Source: an uncultured Elusimicrobia bacterium
GTDB lineage: Bacteria > Elusimicrobiota > Elusimicrobia > 2-01-FULL-59-12
Assembly (NCBI GenBank): GCA_964441955.1
Contig: CAYTWA010000004.1
Location: 149,541 to 213,540, forward strand
Direction of reading: 5' to 3'
DNA length: 64,000 nucleotides
Shown: piece by piece, positions 32,413 to 41,320 of the stretch
Layout of the letters: each line of letters starts with the position of its first letter
Numbering within the stretch: position 1 is the stretch's first letter
The notes under the pieces: model-generated
Seen by the model: only the letters and a program-made list of their open reading frames with translations
The model's database searches: none
Told to the model about the DNA's origin: nothing
Program-made: the position numbers and the translations under genes

Positions 32413-35400
32413 GTGGTTTCTAAACTTAAAAATCGAGTTGTTTCGTGCCTAAGCCGTTTCGCCTGTTTAAGTCTGGCGGCGAGCTTGGTCATCACATCAG
32501 TCCCCGACCTCGGAGCGGCCGTCATGCCGCTTCCAAAGAAAATGTCGTTAAGCCCAATCAGTGCCCGCGTCATCGTGGCCTCACATGACCCCTCTTTCTT
32601 AACTCAGCAGGCTTTGGTCCAGCGCATCTCGAGCGCACGAAATGCGGCCGGCCAAATCACGTTTGCTTATCAGTGGAGTAAGAATAATTTTGGCTCCGCC
32701 CTGGCCCGACCCAGGCTCGCATTTAAACCCTTAATTCCAACGTTTAACGAGTGGTCAAGGTGGGATCTCTGGACGATGGCGATGTCATTGTCAGGCACCG
32801 TATTTTCGATCTGGGCGCATCCGCATCACCCCACCTACTGGATTTTTTATTTTTTTGGCACACAAGCCATTCCAGCTGCCCTCCGCGTTATTCTCGGCCA
32901 CACGCCTGATATTCATCCGGCGCAAATGAATTGTGGAAATTTGGCCTTCAGCGGTGAAATCAGTTTGGAGGAGTTGGAAGAGCTTCTAAAACCGTCGATC
33001 ACCGATCTTTTGAACCGTGGGTTTTATTCCTTTGGTTATTCATTTATGGTTCCTGTGAAACGAAAGGTGCCGCACGCTGTCCAGTTGTCTGGGTTTGAAA
33101 CGAATGACGAACAAACGGTTTGGGAATACCGAGTCCGAAAAGTGTGGGTCCATAAACGTGCCAACGCCGTTCAGAAGGCCTTAAATCAAATTAAGTCGGA
33201 CTTCGCAAAAGTGCGAAAGGACGCAAACATGCCGAAGTTCATCATGTTTAGCTTTCATTCCCGCTTGGGGTCGGTGGGTTCAAATGGCGAATCGGTTCAA
33301 GACTTAGAAGAAGCCGCACAGCCCGGTGTTGCTCCACCGCAAGGCCAGCCTGAGGATTGGCAGCTTCGGTGGAATCCCGTTCGTGGGACAGCAACGCCTC
33401 ACATGGACTGGCTCTACGTTATTGTTACGCATCTCTTCCAATTTAACGGAGATATCGGTGCGACCAAAGCGCTGTCGCGGTTACTCGCCGGACATAAAAT
33501 TGGGAACTCTGTCATGCGTGCCCGCGCGGCACGATGGTTGGGGTATACCCCCAAGCCCGAGAAAACTGGGGTTTGGCGGTTGTTTCATCCATTGACGAAA
33601 TTCAGCCGTCACATCCGATCCATTTTGCAAGGAAGCGGAAAAGTGGCCCCAGGCGATGCCCCGCTTGAAGCCATGATACTTAAACTCGTGAATACGGAAC
33701 GCTTGTTTAAAGCCTCCATCATTTATGCGCTTTTCTTTCACGTCATCGATTTAGACGATCCACGGGATCAACACCCGCCGCTGGATAAAGTCGATGAATG
33801 GAATCGGATAATTCAAACCGAATTTAAAAAGTGGGTCAGCGGTAAACCGGAAGTGGCGGAACAATTTCTGCGGACGGCAAATACGCAGAAAGAATACGAC
33901 GAGATTCAAAAGGTAATGCTCGGGCACGCCCAGGCGTTCGAAGAAGTTCTCGTGCGCGACCAGACGCTGAAGGATTCACTTGAAACGTTCTTGAAACCCG
34001 AAGAACGACTTAAATTCCTGCACTACACCACGCTCGCGTTTTGGCGAAACTCCTTGGACTACGCAGTTTTAGAGGAAATGAAACCTCGAATCGATGGGAC
34101 GCAGGCTTCCGATGCCTCCACGACGCTCAACCCCCCGGATGGGCCCGTGTCTCGTGTGCAAACGTCCCTGGGCCAAAATTTGGTTTATGGAGTTATCAAG
34201 GGTGGTAGGGTGGTGGCCATGGTGTCCGATCGCATCGTGCTTCCTAAAGGTCTTGTGACCGAGCGGGTTTTAATGAGGAGCGATCGAAACGCTTCAGCCA
34301 TTTTTGGAAAGTGGGGCGATAGCGTCTCCATTACGTTGACGGAGGGTATCGAAAACATTGTGAAAAGCAAGCAGGATGTGCGAATGAATGCCCTGAGGCC
34401 GTTCGAAAGTCGCGAAAACGGCCAAGGCGTTCATAATCCATTAAAAGAGGAGGAAGTCTTAGAAAACAGTGCGCGGGCGGCGGCGATGGTGATGCCGAAA
34501 GTTCATCGAAAGTGGGAAGCCGTTCACGATGTTCCAGGAGGCGATGAATCCCAGATCGAAAACCGCATACCGGCCGTCGAATTCACGCGTGTAGCCATGC
34601 GTGTGAAAATTGCGCGCGTCATTCAAATAGCTTTGAAAGCCAATGGCCTATCTGAAGTGCGTATGGACCGCTGGGTTCAATCGTTGGCGGATCGCTTGTC
34701 CCGGGACCTTTGGATGCAGGAGATCACAACGGACGCGGCAATCCATGAAATTGAGCGCCTTGCGCGCGCAGAACGGCTTAAGGTAAACCCAACGAGCTCC
34801 GAGCCTCATGAAATCGACTATTCCGCGGCCGATCATGCCGTTCATGGGGTCATCGTGGCGACAGGAAAAACGCGCCTAGCCGCTTTGAAATTCGCACGAA
34901 GCGCCTACCTTTCGATGGGCCTTCATTATGACGTTCAAATCGGCAATAAGGTGGTGAAGCTTTCCTTTAAGCACCGAGACGACGTGGATGGATTCCTGCA
35001 TGATTTAAAAATTGACCAGCATACCCCGATTGTTCTGGCTACGGACAGCGGCGCGGAAACATACGAAAAAAATATTTTGAAGGCTTACTTGCCTTACGTC
35101 ACGGAGGAACCTTTCGGGATCGCGGGAACCGATGACAATCAGTTGGTGGATTCCTTTGGCGCCGAGCGCGTGTTTACCACGTTCAATTTTGGCAGTAAAA
35201 CGCAGGATGGCTTGCCCGCGTATGCCGCCATGGTTCAAACCTTTGAAGAATTGTCGCTGTTTATGTCCGAGAACATTTCCAAGCGGTTCAAAACGGGAGG
35301 TGAGAACTGGAAAAAAGCGCCGTTCTTCCGAAGCCGGATGACGTACGAGCGCATCGTGACGGTTCTTAAACGCGCCAATCGCTTGTTTGTCACAACCGTC

Positions 35401-38400
35401 CCAGAACGAATGCTGGGCTACACCGAATCGGGCGCTCGCCTTGAGGACCGCCCGGGCAGCAATGAATCCGCGAACCTCCGCGCCGTAGGCGAACAGACCG
35501 CGGAGCGACAGCTTGAAGCAGCCCGAAAATGGTTGGTCAACATCACCTATGTACTCACGACCGTGATTGGCAGCATTTTTGGAATCGGGCCCATTTTCTA
35601 TCTCATGACGCATATCGCCGGCTTGTCTTCGGCGTTCTGGCTTGATGCGGCGAAAGTCGGCGATGCATGTTTTTATGTCAGTTTCGGGCTTTCGTGGCTT
35701 CTGGTCAAACGAACGTATCTACGGTGGCGCGGAAAATCGGATACGAAATTGTTTGAAGGGTTCGGCCTTCCGACATTTTTATTCGTTTCACCTTTTGATT
35801 GGGTTCATGCGGCTTTGGCGGACACGGCTCGCGCGGCTCAAGGATTGGCCTATTCCATGACCAAAAGTTACTTTGATCATACGGAAAATGCGGTCGCCAA
35901 CGATGACCATCGGGCCACCGCGAACCGTAATTCAATCGCCATATTGCTGCGGCCGGGGACAGAACACCGCGCGTATGAATTCGAAAACAGTCAGTCAGAT
36001 CAAATAGGGCGTCATTTCCTTACACAAATGAGTTTGCCTCTTCCCGAACGATTGACCTGGGTCTCCAAATTGATTTCCGGTATCCGGCCTACGCCTCCCA
36101 AAGTGATTGATGCGGGGACCGCGACGTTAACCAAGCAAGACGATGCTTGGGGCAAAATGGCTCGATCATCAGAGGTGAAGGTCAGAGGCATCACAATTCC
36201 CCTGCCGCCTGGGGAAAGTTTTGAAAACCTCGACTATGACGTGGCCGAATATATTCTTGAACAGTACGAGAGCATGACGTGGTATCTGCAATACACGCGC
36301 GTGCTTTATACGCAGCTGCACCGTGTGGCCCAGGGATTTTTGGGTGTTTTCTTCAAATATCCGGAAGGTCGTTTTTTTGGGGGCGGCGCGGTAAAAAGCA
36401 CAAAAGCCTCGGCCAATGGCGAACCCACCTTAGACGTGGCTCAAGAAATGGCGCGTACCCGACCGATGCGAATGATTCCAATCGGCATCCGCCCCGCAGC
36501 ACCTCTTTCCACTAGCGGGCTTGTAGTTTTGGATGCCGGTCTTTGGAAATCATGGCCCCGCGAACCGTGGTTAGCTGGTGAACCCATTTCCGCACATGAA
36601 ATGAATCAGCCCGCGCCTCGCGCCCTGACGGCGTCAAGACCCAGTACGGCGACACCGGCTACACGATCGGTCGAAGTCGTCTTGGCGCTACCGGTTGCAC
36701 CAGAAGATTTACACGTGGTGTCGCGGGTTGGTCTTCCTGACAAAAGTCCTTCCACGCTAGGGCAGGCAGACGAATTAAGTCGGCGGGCGCAAGCCGCTTT
36801 ACTCAAAGCAAAAGCCGCCGCCATGGCCCCAAAAACGTCCATCGTAACGAAAGAAGAGGGAGAGCCGGTTGCAGCAGATGCCATCAAAGGGACATTCGAA
36901 ATTAGTCCAAAGGGTACTGTGAGCAAGCGATCAGTAATTTTCGAACCGGCGGCTCAGCGGTTGGTGTCGCAAGTTTTAAAGACGAGCGGCTTAGGGAAGG
37001 CGATGGCCGAATCGAAAGATCGGCGCCCTTTGTTGGTTACTTTTCACCCGATTAACAACAGACCGGCTTTTTATAATGCCACGCCTGATAACTCGGAAAC
37101 GCGAGGCGTCATCGTGTTGGATTCCCATTTGGCCTACGATTGGCTCACGAAGGTCGAAGGCGCACAAAGCGCGGTGAGGTTCAAGCTTTTCGAGGAAATG
37201 CGCCATGCCCTCCACGACATTTTAGGCGAGATCCCCGAACCCATCGTAGATTTGGAATTTAAGCTAAACCATGAAACATTTGAGCAAATCGTCATTACCT
37301 CAAAGCGGGCTCAAATGGAACACCTCACCTATTGGAGACGCCATAGCGCTTACGACCCTAAAGGAGTTTACGCCGACATACTGGAAAAGGCGTTAGAGCG
37401 TGGTTTGGAAGCCGCAGGCCCAGACTTGTATTCCTTGGCCGAACAGGCCGTCCGCGATCCGAAACCCGAATTAGTCATGGAAACCATCGGAGCGGTCCCT
37501 CCAGTTTCGTCGTCTGCAGATGAGGCCGGCTCACGACAGTGGCAAGAGCGTCCTATCGAAACGGGCCCTGTTATTCCTTCGGCGTCTTCAAGTCATCCCA
37601 AAGGGGCAGAGTCCAGGCGCCATGTAGTTGGCGTTTTGGCGAGGCAGCTGTTAGGCGTCATGGCCGGGATTTCTTTGTCCATCTATACGTGGCTGATCCC
37701 CTCCAAAATTCCAACAGCGTCAAACGTCATAACCTATTCCTACCAATGGGTTCTCGGCTCTGCGATGGGCAAGGGTACTCTCATCGTATTAGCGGGCGTA
37801 TTCTTAACCGCCGGTGTCAATTTTTGGAGGGGGGACTTGGCATTTTCTCAAGGACAGCCTATTCCCAAGCCAAGCGCTGAAACACGGGAAAAACGTACCT
37901 CTGAAGCGCTCCAGGGGAGCCCCGCTTTGCTCCTCTCCCCAAACGCCGCTGATACAAAGCGACCCTCTCTAAGTGCCACCGCCCCAGGAGAGCGGAAGGC
38001 CACATCGCCACGAGGCGCCCAATCTGTTAACCCGGCGGGCACCGCTTCGAGCAAAGCCTCCAAGCTCCCAACGCTTTTAAACCGTATCGAGGCCTTGGCG
38101 CCAGAAAAAGTCTTAGTTGCGCTCGTGATGGCGGAATCCGTCGCTGATACGATGTCCTCTGGGCAGAAGGAGGCGGTTCTAAAAGCTATAGAGGCACAGC
38201 GCGCGGCGGCGACATTTCTTTTAGAACTCAAAAGCAAGGACCCCGTAACGCTTTCACCGGCCGACAACCGCCGATTGAAAGGTATTCTTACTCAATTTTC
38301 CAATCCCAGCGTATTGCCAGAAGGGCCATGGATCACTCAGACCATGTTGCGTGGCTTGCTCGCGCAGGCCAGTTCCAGCGCCATGCAGGCGGCTGCGAAA

Positions 38401-40107
38401 GCGTTAGGTGTAGCGTTTATATTCTTTGCTGGTGTTATTCAAACGGCGTGGTGCGCGCCTGTGACACTCGCTGCCGTGCCGGTGCGTGAGGCAACCCGCG
38501 CGGCGACCGAAACCCTTTCAGTCTATGCGCCCGTCAAAGACGGTTGGGGTCCCAGTCACGTGGCACAGTTTCTTCATTCGCACGGTTGGGAGACGCTTTT
38601 CCAATATTCTTCCCAGTGGACACAGCATCATATGCTTCACCCGGGCAGCGTCCGCTTTGATATTCCTGTCTCCCCGCTGGGCGCCATGCCGCCGGCCGAT
38701 ATCCATCCCATTGCCTTCCACCTTGTCGATTTTCTGCCGCAATCGGAGTTGCTTTGGGCGGGGCTTGCCGTCAGCCTAATGGCGGTTGGCTTCTGGTTGT
38801 TTAAATCTCATCGCCGTCTGAGCTTGGCTACGGCCATGACTCTGATCGCGCTGATGGCTGGCCCGGCTTTTTCGCAAGCGCCGGTGGCGCCGCCCACCCG
38901 GAATATTTTTCAGCGCATTGGCCACGGGATTGGCCAAGCCATCACGTGGCCACTTCGGTATAGATCTCCTTCCATCGTAAGGAAAGAGGCTGCTGAACAA
39001 TCCGCTGCACAAGCTGCCGCCCTAGAGCGCGAGCGACAAGCGGAAGAAGAGCGTATTCTTCGTGATGAAACATTGTCCTTCGAAGCAGCCGCAGCGCGTG
39101 TGGGGCCCTTGCAGAGCCCGTATGGCCTGGACAACCTTGAATACGTCATAAATTCACCCAAAATTTCTCCTCCACCTGTAATGACCCCAGTCGACACGCC
39201 AAAAGTCGCGGAGGCACCGGAGGCGGTGCTAGATCGCATGGGTGCGGGGCTCAAGCCGGATTCCATCGCGCTGATCAAAGCGTTGCGCCCACGCATTGGC
39301 GACGCCTGGGTTAAAAAAGGCTATTTCCCCGGCCTTGAAGCATGGTATTCCTGGATGGCCGAGCAGGCCCGAAAGGATGGTTCCGCTTATTTGATGGTCA
39401 CCCGCATCGAGGAGCTGGAAAAACTTTCCGAGATGAAAAAATTAAATCAGATTATCCTTCCGCCTCAACCTGTTTTTGCGCTTATGGAGCGCCTTGCCAG
39501 GGCCGTCCTCCTCGAACGCTTGCAAGGGCGTTATGACACCCCCGCACAACTGGCCGCTCGGTTCACGTCAACAGCCGACCGCGCGGCGAGTCAGTTTGAA
39601 AGCCAAAGCGACGACGGCGGCTCCGTCGAGCAGCAAATGGCCAAAATCTTAGAGGTCTTCGTTCAACCCACTAGTAGCGCAGTTCGGCCCACGCCTGCCA
39701 AAACCGCTGTGTCCGCCGACCGCCTACCGGTGCCGGCTGAGGGTATGGCATCGGCTTCGCAAAAACCGGATGTGTCTTCCGCGTTGGAGATGGTTTCAAA
39801 GATGCTCATGGCTTGGACGTTCCCGGGTTTTGGGGAAAAACCCGCAGATTCGATGGATACCGTGAAAATACGGGCGCTTCAGGAAGCCTCCCAAATTCTA
39901 AAGACTGTCGACATTGTAAACGTCACGCAATTTATGAGGTTATTGTCTACCTTAAAGCCGTTTGAGCCGTCTCTAAAAGACAGCGTGCAGCGATATCCAA
40001 ACTGGACCAACCGAATGGTTGACCAGGCGGGCCGCTTCGGGGTTCTTTTGCGAATGTCCAGGTCATCCTCCTACAAATCTGCCAAAAACCTTCGTTCAGC
40101 AGCCTAG
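32413..40107 (+). CDS. Giant (2564-aa) polytopic membrane orphan protein
   Basis: A single uninterrupted ORF with a GTG start and GGGAG 7 nt upstream. It has an N-terminal signal anchor and at least five further hydrophobic clusters, near residues 115-160, 1040-1120, 1720-1790, 1990 and 2110-2150. Ala/Pro/Ser-rich linkers are present. I recognise no catalytic domain. Confidence 0.7.
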   Translation: MVSKLKNRVVSCLSRFACLSLAASLVITSVPDLGAAVMPLPKKMSLSPISARVIVASHDPSFLTQQALVQRISSARNAAGQITFAYQWSKNNFGSALARPRLAFKPLIPTFNEWSRWDLWTMAMSLSGTVFSIWAHPHHPTYWIFYFFGTQAIPAALRVILGHTPDIHPAQMNCGNLAFSGEISLEELEELLKPSITDLLNRGFYSFGYSFMVPVKRKVPHAVQLSGFETNDEQTVWEYRVRKVWVHKRANAVQKALNQIKSDFAKVRKDANMPKFIMFSFHSRLGSVGSNGESVQDLEEAAQPGVAPPQGQPEDWQLRWNPVRGTATPHMDWLYVIVTHLFQFNGDIGATKALSRLLAGHKIGNSVMRARAARWLGYTPKPEKTGVWRLFHPLTKFSRHIRSILQGSGKVAPGDAPLEAMILKLVNTERLFKASIIYALFFHVIDLDDPRDQHPPLDKVDEWNRIIQTEFKKWVSGKPEVAEQFLRTANTQKEYDEIQKVMLGHAQAFEEVLVRDQTLKDSLETFLKPEERLKFLHYTTLAFWRNSLDYAVLEEMKPRIDGTQASDASTTLNPPDGPVSRVQTSLGQNLVYGVIKGGRVVAMVSDRIVLPKGLVTERVLMRSDRNASAIFGKWGDSVSITLTEGIENIVKSKQDVRMNALRPFESRENGQGVHNPLKEEEVLENSARAAAMVMPKVHRKWEAVHDVPGGDESQIENRIPAVEFTRVAMRVKIARVIQIALKANGLSEVRMDRWVQSLADRLSRDLWMQEITTDAAIHEIERLARAERLKVNPTSSEPHEIDYSAADHAVHGVIVATGKTRLAALKFARSAYLSMGLHYDVQIGNKVVKLSFKHRDDVDGFLHDLKIDQHTPIVLATDSGAETYEKNILKAYLPYVTEEPFGIAGTDDNQLVDSFGAERVFTTFNFGSKTQDGLPAYAAMVQTFEELSLFMSENISKRFKTGGENWKKAPFFRSRMTYERIVTVLKRANRLFVTTVPERMLGYTESGARLEDRPGSNESANLRAVGEQTAERQLEAARKWLVNITYVLTTVIGSIFGIGPIFYLMTHIAGLSSAFWLDAAKVGDACFYVSFGLSWLLVKRTYLRWRGKSDTKLFEGFGLPTFLFVSPFDWVHAALADTARAAQGLAYSMTKSYFDHTENAVANDDHRATANRNSIAILLRPGTEHRAYEFENSQSDQIGRHFLTQMSLPLPERLTWVSKLISGIRPTPPKVIDAGTATLTKQDDAWGKMARSSEVKVRGITIPLPPGESFENLDYDVAEYILEQYESMTWYLQYTRVLYTQLHRVAQGFLGVFFKYPEGRFFGGGAVKSTKASANGEPTLDVAQEMARTRPMRMIPIGIRPAAPLSTSGLVVLDAGLWKSWPREPWLAGEPISAHEMNQPAPRALTASRPSTATPATRSVEVVLALPVAPEDLHVVSRVGLPDKSPSTLGQADELSRRAQAALLKAKAAAMAPKTSIVTKEEGEPVAADAIKGTFEISPKGTVSKRSVIFEPAAQRLVSQVLKTSGLGKAMAESKDRRPLLVTFHPINNRPAFYNATPDNSETRGVIVLDSHLAYDWLTKVEGAQSAVRFKLFEEMRHALHDILGEIPEPIVDLEFKLNHETFEQIVITSKRAQMEHLTYWRRHSAYDPKGVYADILEKALERGLEAAGPDLYSLAEQAVRDPKPELVMETIGAVPPVSSSADEAGSRQWQERPIETGPVIPSASSSHPKGAESRRHVVGVLARQLLGVMAGISLSIYTWLIPSKIPTASNVITYSYQWVLGSAMGKGTLIVLAGVFLTAGVNFWRGDLAFSQGQPIPKPSAETREKRTSEALQGSPALLLSPNAADTKRPSLSATAPGERKATSPRGAQSVNPAGTASSKASKLPTLLNRIEALAPEKVLVALVMAESVADTMSSGQKEAVLKAIEAQRAAATFLLELKSKDPVTLSPADNRRLKGILTQFSNPSVLPEGPWITQTMLRGLLAQASSSAMQAAAKALGVAFIFFAGVIQTAWCAPVTLAAVPVREATRAATETLSVYAPVKDGWGPSHVAQFLHSHGWETLFQYSSQWTQHHMLHPGSVRFDIPVSPLGAMPPADIHPIAFHLVDFLPQSELLWAGLAVSLMAVGFWLFKSHRRLSLATAMTLIALMAGPAFSQAPVAPPTRNIFQRIGHGIGQAITWPLRYRSPSIVRKEAAEQSAAQAAALERERQAEEERILRDETLSFEAAAARVGPLQSPYGLDNLEYVINSPKISPPPVMTPVDTPKVAEAPEAVLDRMGAGLKPDSIALIKALRPRIGDAWVKKGYFPGLEAWYSWMAEQARKDGSAYLMVTRIEELEKLSEMKKLNQIILPPQPVFALMERLARAVLLERLQGRYDTPAQLAARFTSTADRAASQFESQSDDGGSVEQQMAKILEVFVQPTSSAVRPTPAKTAVSADRLPVPAEGMASASQKPDVSSALEMVSKMLMAWTFPGFGEKPADSMDTVKIRALQEASQILKTVDIVNVTQFMRLLSTLKPFEPSLKDSVQRYPNWTNRMVDQAGRFGVLLRMSRSSSYKSAKNLRSAA

Positions 40108-40140
40108 TGGACCACTCGATTCCTCTGGCATAATCCCGCC

Positions 40141-41043
40141 ATGAAACGCCTTTTGTTCTTAGCGCTCCTTGGGAGTTCATCGTTCATTTTCGCCAAAGAC
40201 CCGTTCGAAGAAGAAGCAATCGGCGCGCCCAATACTCAAGCGCCCATGGATGTCACAGGGTCTATGTCGGCGGCAGAGGCGGCGCAAGGACGAGAAGCCG
40301 CGAAAAAAGAGGCAACCCCTCGTCCCCTCGTACCCACAGCCTTATTTGTGGAAGGCCACTCTTTTTCGGTCCCGGCGGATATCGCTATTTCTGCGGAGCA
40401 ATTGGCGGGCCTCTCGGCGGACATAAAGGAAGGACGCGTCAAACGTGTATCGTTCGAGGATCACCGGGAAATCGGCGATTCGCAATTGGCGCTACTGGCC
40501 GGACACTCCGGAATTCTGGGCCTTAACTTAAAAGGAACCTCGGTTCAAACAGAAGGCCTAAAAGCGCTGGCAACCATGCGCGGATTAGAGGAGCTCGACT
40601 TAACCGACACGGCCATTCTAAACGACGGCTTGTCGTCGCTTGCGGGTCTGTCAAAACTTCGAGTTCTACGCCTAAGCAACACCCCCATTGATGATGCGGG
40701 GGTGTGGAAACTGCGCCCTCTTAAAAACGTGGAAGACTTAAGCTTAAGCGGCACGGGCATCAGCGGAAAAGCCCTTTCGGCGTTGGACGGCATGCTTAAA
40801 CTTCAGACGCTGGATTTAGGGGAAACCAAAGTGGGCGACGGGTTTGAAGCGCTGCGCTCGCTTAAAAAACTGGAAAATTTGCACGTGAACGATTCACTCG
40901 TAACGGATGAGTCGCTTTTGCCCATCCGCTGGCTGCCGGGCCTGCGTTTTTTAAACGTCAGCTGTACGAAAACCACCGACAAAACACTCACCCGCTTTTC
41001 GATGGAACGCGGTATTCAAGTCTTAAACGCCTGCGGCCGTTAA
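40141..41043 (+). CDS. Secreted leucine-rich-repeat (LRR) protein
   Basis: 300 aa with a signal peptide (LLFLALLGSSSFIFA). About 8 tandem ~24-aa repeats follow, of the form 'L..L..L.L..T.I.D.GL..L'. It starts 33 nt after the giant ORF. Confidence 0.8.
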   Translation: MKRLLFLALLGSSSFIFAKDPFEEEAIGAPNTQAPMDVTGSMSAAEAAQGREAAKKEATPRPLVPTALFVEGHSFSVPADIAISAEQLAGLSADIKEGRVKRVSFEDHREIGDSQLALLAGHSGILGLNLKGTSVQTEGLKALATMRGLEELDLTDTAILNDGLSSLAGLSKLRVLRLSNTPIDDAGVWKLRPLKNVEDLSLSGTGISGKALSALDGMLKLQTLDLGETKVGDGFEALRSLKKLENLHVNDSLVTDESLLPIRWLPGLRFLNVSCTKTTDKTLTRFSMERGIQVLNACGR

Positions 41044-41058
41044 AACGGCCACGGAGAC

Positions 41059-41307
41059 GGCGGTGTCCCTGGACGGCGGTTGACCTTGACGGCGGCAAGA
41101 GGGAGCCGTATGGAAAAAGTCATGAATCGAGTTTCTGTTCATAAAGACGTGATGGGGTAGCGGTATCGGCTCTGTTGTCTCTTTTTTGCGTTTCTATGAA
41201 ACGTTCGAAGGTCTTTCCAAGCTTAAAGAAGAAAGTCGGTTTACACGTTCCTAAACACTGTTTCCTATCGCCGCCGTCAAGGTCGACCGCCGTCAGGGGA
41301 CGCCGCC
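41059..41307. mobile_element. MITE-like element: 38-bp terminal inverted repeats around a 173-bp AT-richer core
   Basis: GGCGGTGTCCCTGGACGGCGGTTGACCTTGACGGCGGC (41059..41096) pairs with GCCGCCGTCAAGGTCGACCGCCGTCAGGGGACGCCGCC (41270..41307). 34 of 38 positions are complementary. It sits between two convergent genes and has no ORF longer than about 16 codons inside. Confidence 0.5.
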
Positions 41308-41320
41308 CTTCCTGTTGTTT

